From positions 1,674,001 to 1,738,000 of the forward strand of contig CP089278.1 in assembly GCA_023920165.1 (NCBI GenBank): DNA of 64,000 nucleotides, read 5' to 3'. The notes beneath the pieces are model-generated. The model searched no databases. It was not told the DNA's origin and was given only the letters and a program-made list of their open reading frames with translations. Origin of the DNA: Curvularia clavata. Its lineage: Eukaryota. The translations under genes and the position numbers were made by a program. Below, piece by piece: positions 38,803-49,540 of the stretch. How positions within the stretch are numbered: the first letter of the stretch is position 1; the number at the start of each line of letters is the position of its first letter.

Positions 38803-39783
38803 TCATTCATCTGGCGGGCTCTCCTTTTCAAGACACTTCAAATGCTTGTCATCTCGCAAGTCATCGCCGCTATCCCGATACGCTCTGAGAATCTCAGAAT
38901 TCCTTTCCTTTACGGTAGTGACCATACGTTCAATAGTATCGGTAGCTAGCTCCTGCAGATATTCATCATTGGCCTTGGTTGCGTCCTCCATAATCTCATG
39001 AAGACGCTTCAGCCAGAACATGTATCTCCACGGCGTGAAACCAATCGAAGAGCGCTTCTTCCCAAGCTCCGATTCGGCGAACATTATGCCGGTTTGACCA
39101 ACAGTATTTGAGCAATCGTGCCAGGAAGAATCTGAAAGTTCAATGATGGCATGGCCAGCCTCTTTCATCCATTCACAAGCAGCTGGTAGTAGGTGCGCAA
39201 TGTCGAGATACGCGAGGCTTCGGTTTGTGTCTTCATCATCCTTGTCAGTAGTGCGAAGGTCGCGTCCTTCTTCGAAGGTAGAGCGAAAAAGGATCAGAAC
39301 GATTTGGCACAGTCTGTCTTTGCTGACCCGAGTCGACGCTAGCTTGGCTAAGAAAGATGCGAAGTTGAGGCGATGCATGCCTGACATGGATGCACAGTTG
39401 TCCACCCAGAAGGCGGTCATGTCAGTGACCAGGAAGGGCAAATCAACCCAAAGTTCTCCTTCTGCCGTGCGTGCAATATCAGTTCCATACAGGCCAGGTG
39501 AAGCCCTGCGCAGAGTTCCCAGTCCTTGTATACGGAGGATGTCGAGGACAAGACGGTCATGGCCAGACGTTTCGTGCGACGTACGCTGACTGAGCCGGAA
39601 GTACATATGCCAAAGGGAATGAACATAGCCTTCAAGTGTGTCTACTCCATCTCCTATTTCACAGAATCGGCTGATGATGGTTGAGGTTCGATTAAAAAAG
39701 GCGGCTCCACGGACTTCTTCCAATTCGCCACGAGCGACGCACTCGAGGACGTCTTTTTGATCTCTGGTGGCGTCGTAAAGCAT
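38803..39783 (-). CDS. DUF3632-family hypothetical protein
   Basis: 326-aa intronless ORF with HDRLV..I, LWVDLP, NFASFLAKL, AACEW and GFTPWRY.FW..RL motifs typical of fungal DUF3632. Confidence 0.7.
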   Translation of the reverse strand: MLYDATRDQKDVLECVARGELEEVRGAAFFNRTSTIISRFCEIGDGVDTLEGYVHSLWHMYFRLSQRTSHETSGHDRLVLDILRIQGLGTLRRASPGLYGTDIARTAEGELWVDLPFLVTDMTAFWVDNCASMSGMHRLNFASFLAKLASTRVSKDRLCQIVLILFRSTFEEGRDLRTTDKDDEDTNRSLAYLDIAHLLPAACEWMKEAGHAIIELSDSSWHDCSNTVGQTGIMFAESELGKKRSSIGFTPWRYMFWLKRLHEIMEDATKANDEYLQELATDTIERMVTTVKERNSEILRAYRDSGDDLRDDKHLKCLEKESPPDE

Positions 39784-40780
39784 CGTTGGTTTCAGATCGA
39801 TTCACTTGGATAATTTGGAAAGTTTCCAATTGGGATATTATGGCTGAAGGACGAAGAAGCCGATGCGTTCCTGAAATGACTGAAGATACTGACAAGAGAA
39901 AGAGTAGGCAAGTGCTACTTATTAGGATTTGCTAACTCCACTTTTGAGGCTACGGTCATCCAAATCGGGCGTGTATAAACAATAGCCTGATGAATTCCAT
40001 TACCAGGCAGCGCACCCCACCAAGCGGCACGGTTTTCCCGAAGTGTGGCGTGACCTGCAGCTGCATGCTTCAATACGCCTCTGTGGCGACGTTGTCGCAG
40101 AATCCCCATTAAGCTGCTCACGTTCTCTGTAGCTGTCTCTTCTCTGCAGCTGCCGCTTACAATCATCCCTCTTAACAGCATGCTCGTGCACTGTTATCAT
40201 TATGCCAAAGTAAAAGTGAGCATGACGTCCGTTTCAGTAGCACTGAGCAGACGTAACGACTATGCTAGTAAGAACGTTTTGTACAGAGACACAGGTCATC
40301 AGACGGTTATGCAAGCATAAACATAAGATCGTCGCATAAGAATAGCTTCCCTTGTTTATCCTTCTTCTCTTGCAGCTAGGACGAACATATGCTCGTTGGT
40401 CTTAGCCTTTTCCTAACTACTGACTTATTTAGATGTTGCCTATTAGTGCGAATCAGCATTAGGAATGCGATGACTAGAAAGAAAAAACTCAGGTGTTCCC
40501 CTAGGAGTAATTTATGATGCTAAGAACACTAAAGCCATCCGCCATTCGGCGGTGCACTTGCGACACGTAGGGTAGCTCGCAACCTGCGCTAAACCATGTT
40601 AGGTAAGATTCTTGTTTTTATATAACCACTCTACGCCGCAATAAGTACTGCACAGTAACCCTACTAGATCAACTTTACAATACAGTTGCGATAACTCAAT
40701 GATGGGCCGCACACCTCCGCCTCAACACTCATCTCACCGAGAATAAGACATTCCAGTATCAAAGATTGTAATGCGCATTC

Positions 40781-40849
40781 ACCACCACCACCACCACCAC
40801 CACCACCACCACCACCACCTCCTCCTCCTCCTCCTCCTCCGCCTCCTCC
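40781..40849. repeat. Compound trinucleotide repeat (CCA)n(CCT)n
   Basis: About 13 CCA units followed by about 9 CCT-type units, read directly from the sequence. Confidence 0.95.
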
Positions 40850-41039
40850 ATCTCGTCGAGAATTCAAAATTTTGATACCAAGGACAGACATACCGCCTCC
40901 ACCCTCTCCAAATATACACCCGTCCCAATCATCAAGATCAGCAAGCCTAGTATACCCGCCTTCTCCTGCGCCTCCTGAAGCGTTTGAGCCCATAGACAAA
41001 GCGCATTACTGGCAGTTTCTCAAAGACACCAAAATTAAC

Positions 41040-41474
41040 ATGCCTGGTGAACCGTTTCATCCATTTCACATGTTATTCTACGGCTCTCTCATGGACCCCG
41101 AAGTTCTTCAAGCAATCCTCAATCTCCCCGAACTTCCAACTACAAGGCCTGCCATCATTTCCGGATTCCGCATCAAAATGTGGGGCATATATCCAGCCTT
41201 GATACCCTGCTTCTCCGGAAGCGTGACCGGGACTGTGTGGGAGGTGACCTCAGAAGCTCACTTCGACCGGTTGGCAGCTTACGAAACAGACGCTTATAGG
41301 TCGGACACATGCGATGCGGTTTTAGAAAGCGGAGAGGTTTTGAGGGACTGCCAAACTTTCTGCTGGGCAGGGGGTCCAGATAGTAAGGAACTTGAAGAAA
41401 GGAGTTTCGATTTCGAGCACTATCAGAAGTACTTCAAACCTTCTGTCATCAGGCGACGATCGCCAGTGCCGTAG
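41040..41474 (+). CDS. Gamma-glutamylcyclotransferase AIG2-like protein
   Basis: LFYGSLMDPEVL, WGIYPAL, VTGTVW and RLAAYETDAY GGCT motifs. First ATG is at 41040, although the frame is open from 40695. Confidence 0.8.
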   Translation: MPGEPFHPFHMLFYGSLMDPEVLQAILNLPELPTTRPAIISGFRIKMWGIYPALIPCFSGSVTGTVWEVTSEAHFDRLAAYETDAYRSDTCDAVLESGEVLRDCQTFCWAGGPDSKELEERSFDFEHYQKYFKPSVIRRRSPVP

Positions 41475-42582
41475 GCAAAGGTTTGAGCCAATGATTGCAA
41501 GGCTCGATACTGTTCAAAATTTGTTCTCCTCTCTCGATTCATAGTTACATGTTACCGAGAGGTCGAAATGTCTCTTTCTTTTCTTTTTCCTGCATTTCCA
41601 GAGCGTAATGTTCATTGATTGACGGGAATGCTGGCCACACGGTTGAGTTTTGGTATATATCCCAATTAAAGTGGCTGCTAAGATAACCGGAGATAGCAAA
41701 CCCAAGTCGAGGCAGCAAGTAAAGGACTAGAATTTAGAGCAAACGGCCCAACTGGTAGGCTGTTTTATTGGATCAACGCATCACTACTAATAACCTGCAA
41801 ATCTTTCATGTCAACTACTCCACAACACCTCTTCAACAATTATTAAGGACAACTCCCCAGCCAATCTTTTAAGCCATTACTGTTTCATTTGGCTTTCCGC
41901 AGCTCTTATCTAACCAAACATATTACAATAACAGCAAGTCATGAACATCTCCAAGTCAATCTTCAAAGATTTCATGAACAACAAGCCCGTCGAGGATGTC
42001 GGATGAAGTGAGGGACAAGGAACGTGGTCGGCGACCACGTATTCCTAAGAGGGATAGGAGATACAGACAGGAAGTTCATAAGGGCTAAAATTTGTCGGAC
42101 AGCTTGACTCTACAGACCAGCCACAGAGGCTATACTTTTTCAAACTTCAAGGATAACTTTTTACGCCACGGACCTACAACTCTGTATTTTTCTGAAGACG
42201 ACCGTGATTTTTGTTGGCGCTTGGGCAGGGCTGCATGGTTACATGGGCGCTGTGGACAGAACGCTAGAAATTGAGCCGGCATTATTACAACTAAGCTATA
42301 GAAGAGTGGCAGTAGACAGCAACATGTATTCAACAAGTTGTCAAGCTGACTTAGGTTCTGCTAGTTGACGATGCCCAGATCAGTGATGAGTCGTCATCAG
42401 GTAGTCCAACGCTAGTAACCGGCCTCGGCTCCACCCAGACTAGTAGGTACCTGCCAGATCCCTGCATCCAAGTAATTTTCCCAAACTGCGCAACCACTTT
42501 CCCTTGCCCGTCGCAATACCAGCGCGGTAGCACCCCACGTCCTCCGCCTCGCATCCACTACTTCAGGCCTCCTGACGCCATC

Positions 42583-43336
42583 ATGGGCCCACCAAACAAG
42601 AAACGCAAGCTCGCCGTCACCGCGCCCGAAACAATCGAATTCGACTTTGCGGCGCGCGAAGAATACCTGACCGGGTTCCACAAGCGCAAACTCGAGCGAA
42701 AGAAGCACGCCCAAGAAGAAAATGCCAAGCGCGAAAAGGAGGAGAAACTGAGGCTAAGGCGAGAAGTACGTTTCCCTGTTTCGTGGAAATTGTCAAGAGT
42801 CCAAAAAAATTAAATTGTACATTCGACTGACACCACGCCTATAGCTGCGAGCAGAGCGCAAAGCCGACTTGGAAAAGCATGTGCAAGAAGTCAACCGGCT
42901 AGTCAAACAAGCGAATGGTGATCTCAGCGAAACCGACGAAGACGGGGAAGGAGAAGACGAGCAAGAGGAAGAATTCACCGGATTCCAAGAGCCCGAGCCA
43001 ATAAATCAAGAAGACGAGTATATCGACGAGGACAAATACACCACCGTCACAATGGAAAGCGTCAATATATCCAAGTCTGGGTTCTCGCGGCCGGGCGAAG
43101 ACGATGAGCACGATGAGGCGGCGAAGAAGAAGGCACAGGAGGCTGCGGAGGCGGAGGCAGCGGGTGCAGATGGCAAGAAGAGGGTTTGGACAAAAGCGTG
43201 GCCCAAGAACAGCGATAAACCCAAGAAAAAGAAAAAGAAATTCAGGTATGAGACCAAGACGGAGAGGAAGGCGGAGCGCATCAAACAGGGCTTGAAGAAG
43301 AAGAAGCAGAAGGAGGCGAGGATGAACAAAAAGTAG
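42583..43336 (+). CDS. RRP17: rRNA-processing protein Rrp17/Nop25
   Basis: FDFAAREEYLTGFHKRKLERKK and KKKKFRYETKTERK motifs. One intron (~42766-42844). Confidence 0.9.
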
Positions 43337-43781
43337 CAACAAAATTCATAGCTTGTGAGCGTTAGTGGGCGGTGGCTCTAAGGCCCTTGGAGCTTCTGGA
43401 AGACGAAACGAATGATACCCCTTCACAAATTGCCGTGGCATAATCTCATTGTGCACAACGAGCAGGATATGGCGATTTCAGCTATCAAGTGTGGAAGCAT
43501 CAACAATGTATTTGCTCGGGGATTACAAAAGGCGAACAGGCCCGCCCAGCAAGCAGCCGCAGGAAAGAAACAGATGTATAGTATAGGGGTACGCAAATGT
43601 CATGTATGTGGAATTTGCCTCTATCTCCAAGCTCCACGGCAAGCTTAAAAAACGCTCTCTTCCATCATCAGCTCCTCTTGCCGCACGCACTCGATATCGA
43701 AGTGGTTAGCTGAACAATACCGAAGCCCGACTCAAAGCTCCATTGAATACAGTCAACCACACAGTAGCGACCAAAGTGAGA

Positions 43782-44475
43782 TTAGATGTTACCAATCTCC
43801 TTGACGAAGTCATCGAGCTCCTTCTTGGTGTCGGCATATTTCTTGGCCATCTCCTCGTACTTGGATTCCCACTGGTCGCGAGATTGCTCGAGAGCTTGGA
43901 CTTTGCGTTCGTAGTGGCCGGACTTGACGTCGGTTTGGCGGAGCCTATAGCGTGGCGAGTCAGTACACGTAGATCAGGGGTGTTAATAGCAGAGAGCTAT
44001 TGCAAGAAAATGAAGGGAGCAGTCGTACTTCTCGTTGAGCTCACGGATCGTCCTGTCCGACTCCTCAGCTTCTTCCTCGAGAACTTGAATCTTTCGCTGA
44101 AGGCTCTCAGCTTGGGTGCCAGCCTGAGCACCTGCACCAGCTTCGTCCTTGTGGATCTTGACTTGCCCCTCAAGCTTCTCAACCTCGGCCTCGAGCACAG
44201 AGTTCTTGTGCGTCAGCGAGGTGATTTCCTGCTCCTTCTGTGTCGTCTCGGCCTCGAGCTGCTTGACCCTGGCCTTGAGCTCCTCGGCGCGGGCGCTGCT
44301 CTCGTCCGCCTCGACGCGGAGAGCCTCCATGCGCTATTCAAAAAGACATGTTAGCGTCCATTCAGCACTTGAGTGTTGACGAGCACGAATGTGGCGTTGA
44401 TCAGAGGTAGGGATAGGCATGGCAGAAGGGGAATTGGCGGGGTATGCGTGGACTCACCTTCTTGATCTGATCCAT
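43782..44475 (-). CDS. Tropomyosin
   Basis: MDQIKK|NSMEALRVEAD.. (first exon junction approximate), ..LQRKIQVLEEEAE..|LRQTDVKSGHYERKVQALE. Continuous coiled coil, two introns, TAA at 43782-43784. Confidence 0.92.
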
Positions 44476-44812
44476 GGCGGTGGGAGGTGTGAAATGTGTA
44501 GGAGAGGCAGTGGCTAGCTTGGATGAATGCTGCTAAGTCGGCGGAGACGGATGCAGCTTAAAAGGAAGATTGGTGTGGTGTGATGGCGGTCTTGATTGTG
44601 GAAGGGAGAGAAATGTCCCTTGCAGTGGAGGTGTGCAAGCTGACAATGCGGGCAAGCGCTACCAAAAGGGGACTACCTCCGCCCGGACCCTTCGTCGCCA
44701 GCCCAGGCCCGACTTGGTCGCCGCCCTAGCAACCGCCAGTAAACACGACTGCCGCGCCGAGCCCATCACCCACCACCCCACACGACTCGCTCAATGTAAT
44801 CACCATCATATC

Positions 44813-46248
44813 ATGGCCACCCTCGCAGCTAATGACCAGGAGAATGCTGTCCGCCATCTGCACGCCGGCGCCGCCTCAAAGTCGCTGAATGCGGGCCTCA
44901 AAGGCTTCAGCGCCAAAACACCGGGAAACAAAGCCCCAAAGACGCCATTCAAGATTCCACTCAACGATGAAAATGCCGTGACCAAGGGCGGAAAGTCGGT
45001 CCTGCAGACCAAGGGCAAGGGAGCCGAGCTGTTTGCTGGCGGCAAAGGTGGAAAGATTGATGGCAATGCCTTTGTCACGCCAGCCGGTATGCTAGGATGT
45101 CTCATGCAATTCGTTCATCAAGACTGACGTGTCCAGGACCCCGCATGCGTGCGCCGTTGGGCATGAAGACGACCAACGCTAAGTCACGAGCTTTTGCAAC
45201 CCCGGCGCCTCTTTCCTCTGCAAAGACGCAGAAACTGAGCCCGCGTCTGCGCCGTCCAAAAGTCAAGGTCCACCAGCCGGAAGTCGCCCAGGAGTCCGAA
45301 GATGACGTACCCGAGGTTGAGTACATGCCTCCCAAGGAGATCCCCCTCGAGGATGATATGGACGACTGGCTGCCCAGGAACTGGACTATCCCGAAGATCA
45401 GCGAGCAGGACATGGTACGTGGGATTTGGCAAGCCTACCACAACCCAGTTGAGGATGATGGACGGACCCGCGGGCAGCGCCAGTTTGAGGAGGAACTCAA
45501 AAAGGGTCGCAAGCAGCGTGATGAGCAGTTTGAGAAGGTCTTTGCATCGCAGATGGCTAAGGAGGATGCTGAAATGAGGGAATATTACGGTATCAAGGAC
45601 CCGAAGGCAGATGCACCGAAAGCATCAACCTCCACTGCTATGCTCAAGAAAGCCCCAACTGGACTGTCCACCATGCGGGCGCGATCTGCGGCTGCTGCTC
45701 TGGGTCCAGCGTCGAAGCCCGGCTATGCTGCTCCCACTGCAGCAGTCAAGTCGCGCGTACCCACTGGCCTGATCTCTGGTAGAAAGGGCGCAAAAACGCC
45801 CACAGAGCTTACAGCCTCTCGTCAGGCTTCAGCAACCACCGCATCAAAGAGTACGATTGGCTATGCCCAGGGCCGTGCTGGACGTGTCGCTCCAGCAGCC
45901 CGGAAGCCCCTTTCCAACGTGACGAAGCCCGCGCCTTTCTCAGCCACATCTCGACCCCTTTCATCGATTCATATCCGGAGCGCAAGCGCCAACAGTGGAA
46001 CTGTCCGATCTCGCGGCACGACGTCACGCTGCAGCTCGATTACTGGTGGTTCGCCAGCAGAGGAAGAGCAGCCTCGTCGCACCGCCGAAGACCTGGAACG
46101 TGAGATGGAGTTGTTGCTTCTCGCACAGTCTGAGGACGAAGACGATGAGGTGTGGGCGCAGAGCTTCAACACCCAATTACTTGGTAATGACGTTCTCGAG
46201 CAGCATGACGAAGACAACTTTCAGTTCAAACTCCCAGAAGGCTTCTAG
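44813..46248 (+). CDS. Probable securin (separase inhibitor, Pds1/Cut2-like)
   Basis: Disordered protein with DQEN/DEN, a D-box-like RAPLGMKTTN and the acidic EDDVPEVEYMPPKE separase pseudo-substrate-like motif. One intron, 45087-45137. Confidence 0.7.
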
Positions 46249-47729
46249 AAAATCTTGAGAGAGACAGAGAGGTGCAAGGGAATAATTGACTGGAGAAGAA
46301 AACGCGACTGAAATGTGTAATTATTAAAAAAAAAAAAAAACTATCTCTCGGTTTCAGTGATTGGGTCTGGTCTATGGAGTTTGGGTTATTGGATACCTAC
46401 GTCTTTTTTCCTCGTCATCTCATTCATGAAGGAGAGTGGCTCCTCTTTGTATTTGTTAGTCGCGGTTCTTCACGCACGATTATCGTAATGGCATGCTATG
46501 TGCTGGTCGGTCGGTGTGGCTTATACCGCTAATGCTACAAAGAATAGCCAACATGCTGCTACGCAATCATCATATACCCTATGTTCTTCCTCTCTTGCTT
46601 CTTGGCGTGCTGTGCTCGTCCGTCCGTCTGAAAATTAGTCATAGATCACGATCACACTGTGGAAAAAGCCACTGGTATTCTGCACTGTTAAAACCCATTT
46701 CCACACGTATGCGTTAATGCCTTTGAATTCTGCCAAGTCGAGATTCAGAAACAAAGCTCTCCTCTATTGTTGCACACTTCGGTGCTGAAAACAGGTACCT
46801 GACTAACAAACTTGAGGCCATTGGAAAACAGTGCTGTATTCAAACTGGCAGTCTCTTCTATCTGTATCTACCTTCTAGTAACACCCCTATCCACAGCCGG
46901 GCACCCTGTATTTGTTAACTCCCAGATGACTCAGCTCCATTCTTCGTGAGGTGCAGAAAAGGGAAGTAGACGAAAGCTAGCAAGGCCACACAGCAGACGG
47001 CAATAACATTAAAGTGCTATTAGCAGCCGTAAATTAGCATCTGTTGCAAGGGCGGATCTGGAAGATTTGAGACTATGCCATCTTTCCTCCATGAGAAATG
47101 TTGCATTTGTCCTGTTGCTCTATCAGGAAAGGATGACATGTGCTGGTAGTTCAGCTGTACTCTTAATACATAGGGAAAAGGCTGTCTCATTTAGAATCCA
47201 TGCTTATGGCTGGCTTGAATTCAGTATACTTCTCGTGGCACGCTCTTACAACATCATACTAATTGATTATCCATATTCGTAATCCGTGCCCTCGCCTTGA
47301 TTCTCTTTTCTGACTTTTGAACACCTCATTTCCTTTGATAGAACATGCTTCTCCAATTCCTATTTGAAATTTCCCTAAATTCCTTCATGCTATGTATGTT
47401 GATTGTATATATAAATATATGTGAATTTTTTGGTAAAACTATCATTATCCTGCTTTGACCCCATTCCCATGACACGTGTATTTGATTTAAGAAAAGGGAG
47501 ATGAAAAGGAGGATGTTGGGAAAAAAGGATAAAAAGGAAAAAAATCCTCGCTCCCTCCATCAGGATACACAATCAGTGCCCTCCAGCCATAAATGATAAA
47601 AAAAAAAGCAAGGCCAGAGAGATGCGCGCTGTAAAACCCACCATTGGATACGCCATGCTGCTGGAAAACATTTGAGAAAATAAAGTTAGGGATAAAGCAC
47701 ATTAGAGTGATAGGCCGTGCAGGGTGTGT

Positions 47730-48765
47730 CTAATTCACCACCTCATCCACTGCGTATAGATTTTGATTGAGAATCTTGTTCATGGTGAACATGTGCACGC
47801 GGTCTTGCTTGAAGACGGCGCGCATGGCATCGTCGCATCGAATCTGGCGTTTGTCGCTAGGGTCTTGGAGATCGCGCTCCTTGACGTATTCCCATATCTT
47901 TTTGACGGTCTGAGGCCGGGAGAGGTGGGTTTCGCCGAGGAGCTCAGAGAGGGCTGGGGAGAGGGCCATGGGTTTCTGCAAGAGAGATTAGTTTTTTTTA
48001 TCCAACAATGCGAGGGAGATATGAAAAGGTGTACGGACGTGGAAGCCTCCTTTCCGGGTTGGGCTCTTCTTCTCGCCTCCGCTTCCTGAGCCAATATCGC
48101 TATCATCCTCGTCTTTGACTTTGTTGGAACTCTTCTTTTTGGTCTTTTTCTTAGGCGCCGGCGCTTTCCGCTTGGTGTTTCCACCACGCGTTGCTCTGCC
48201 CATGCGCGCATTCTCCTCTGCCTGCAACCTCGCCGCAAAAGCTGCATCGTCGTCCTCGTCCTTGGCTTTTGTCTTTTTGTTCTTCTTCTTGGGCGGTGGA
48301 TTGTCTTCGACCTCGGACAGGACAGACTCGTCCTCGGGTGGCGATCGCTTGTGGTTGGACATGTCTGATGTATCGCCGTTGGTCGTTTTGGTGCCGTTCT
48401 CGCCGGTTGGCGTGGGCTCCGAGGCATCAGAGCCGGCGCCGTTCTGCTCGCTGTTGAACTTGTCGAAGCGCTGCATGATGAGCGTGGTGATTTGGTCCTG
48501 TTTGAAGAGGTCAGTTTATGCCTCGCAGAGCTTGTTGGGGGTTGCAACCTTTTGGTGCGACAAGTCGTGGCCAACTCTTTCCTGCAAACCCTTGCGGATG
48601 CGCTTCGCAGAGATGGTGTTTATGTCGCTTGCGCGCAGGATGTCATCAATGATGACGGAATACGAGGCCTCGACCTCTGCGGGGAGCGGTTCTGGCGCGC
48701 CATGTTAGCATGGGGATGCAAGGCGCGTGGTGATTAGGGTGTGGGCGTAGATGCTTACCCGACAT
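47730..48765 (-). CDS. DEK-C plus SWIB/MDM2 domain protein (Uaf30/Tri1-like)
   Basis: N-terminal IDDILRASDINTISAKRIRKGL (DEK-C) and C-terminal LSPALSELLG..LSRPQTVKKIWEYVK..LQDP (SWIB). The first coding exon is 7 nt. Confidence 0.88.
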
Positions 48766-49540
48766 GGCGGTAGTGGTGGTGATGTTTGGACAGAAAGGTG
48801 ATGGTCGCAACTACAAGCTCGGTCGCCAGGACGCACCGTAGGGACGCAGGAACCGGGTGTTTGAGAGAGAGGAAAAGTGGGCGCAACCGGCGCAGAAAGT
48901 CTAGACGGAGTGTTTGTGGTGAGGCACAGCGAGAAGCAGTCTCTCACTCAGCAATCGATTAGGGTTGCCGCGGCCGACCCTCAGACAGGCCAGAGGAGCA
49001 GCCAAGGTCGCGGTCAGATGGTTTGTAGCGGGGTCCCGTCACAGGAAGCAGCAGGCAGGCGGTACGGTCTATGTGGTAAAGCAGCCTGGGGAGGATGTGC
49101 AAAAGCCGGGGATGCAGCGGGACGCCGTCGCAAAAGGGATTTGCTGAAGAGCGAGACTAGTAACTGGGCAGACGGCGACAATCGAGGCATGCACGATGAG
49201 GTGTGAAGACGTAGATGCACGGGCGCGGCCTAGTCAGGTACGGCCCGACCAAGCACCATGGACACTGGAGGAGGCTGGGGAACATGAGCCATCACCCCAT
49301 CCATGGTGCAATCCGCCATCTGCACCTGCGTCTGCTGTAGGCACTCGCACACACGCACACACGTCAAACAACGGCTTTGGTCTTTTTTTGTCTTGTTGCG
49401 CTGCAATTACTCGTCCTAGTATATATCGGCAGACTGCATACTCGTCCCAAAGCGGTAGTCTATGCACCACGTCGCCACCACGCAGCCTCGTGCCCCATCC
49501 CTTTTGAGCCTGCGCCACTCGCTCTTGCCGGCACCTCTGC

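Noticed and set aside
43743..44354. 203-aa hydrophobic plus-strand ORF
   Set aside because: It is the antisense shadow of tropomyosin; Glu/Lys codons read as Leu/Phe on the other strand.
46300..47700. 1.4 kb spacer between convergent genes with short ORF fragments
   Set aside because: No supportable gene or RNA structure; consistent with 3'UTRs or decayed sequence.
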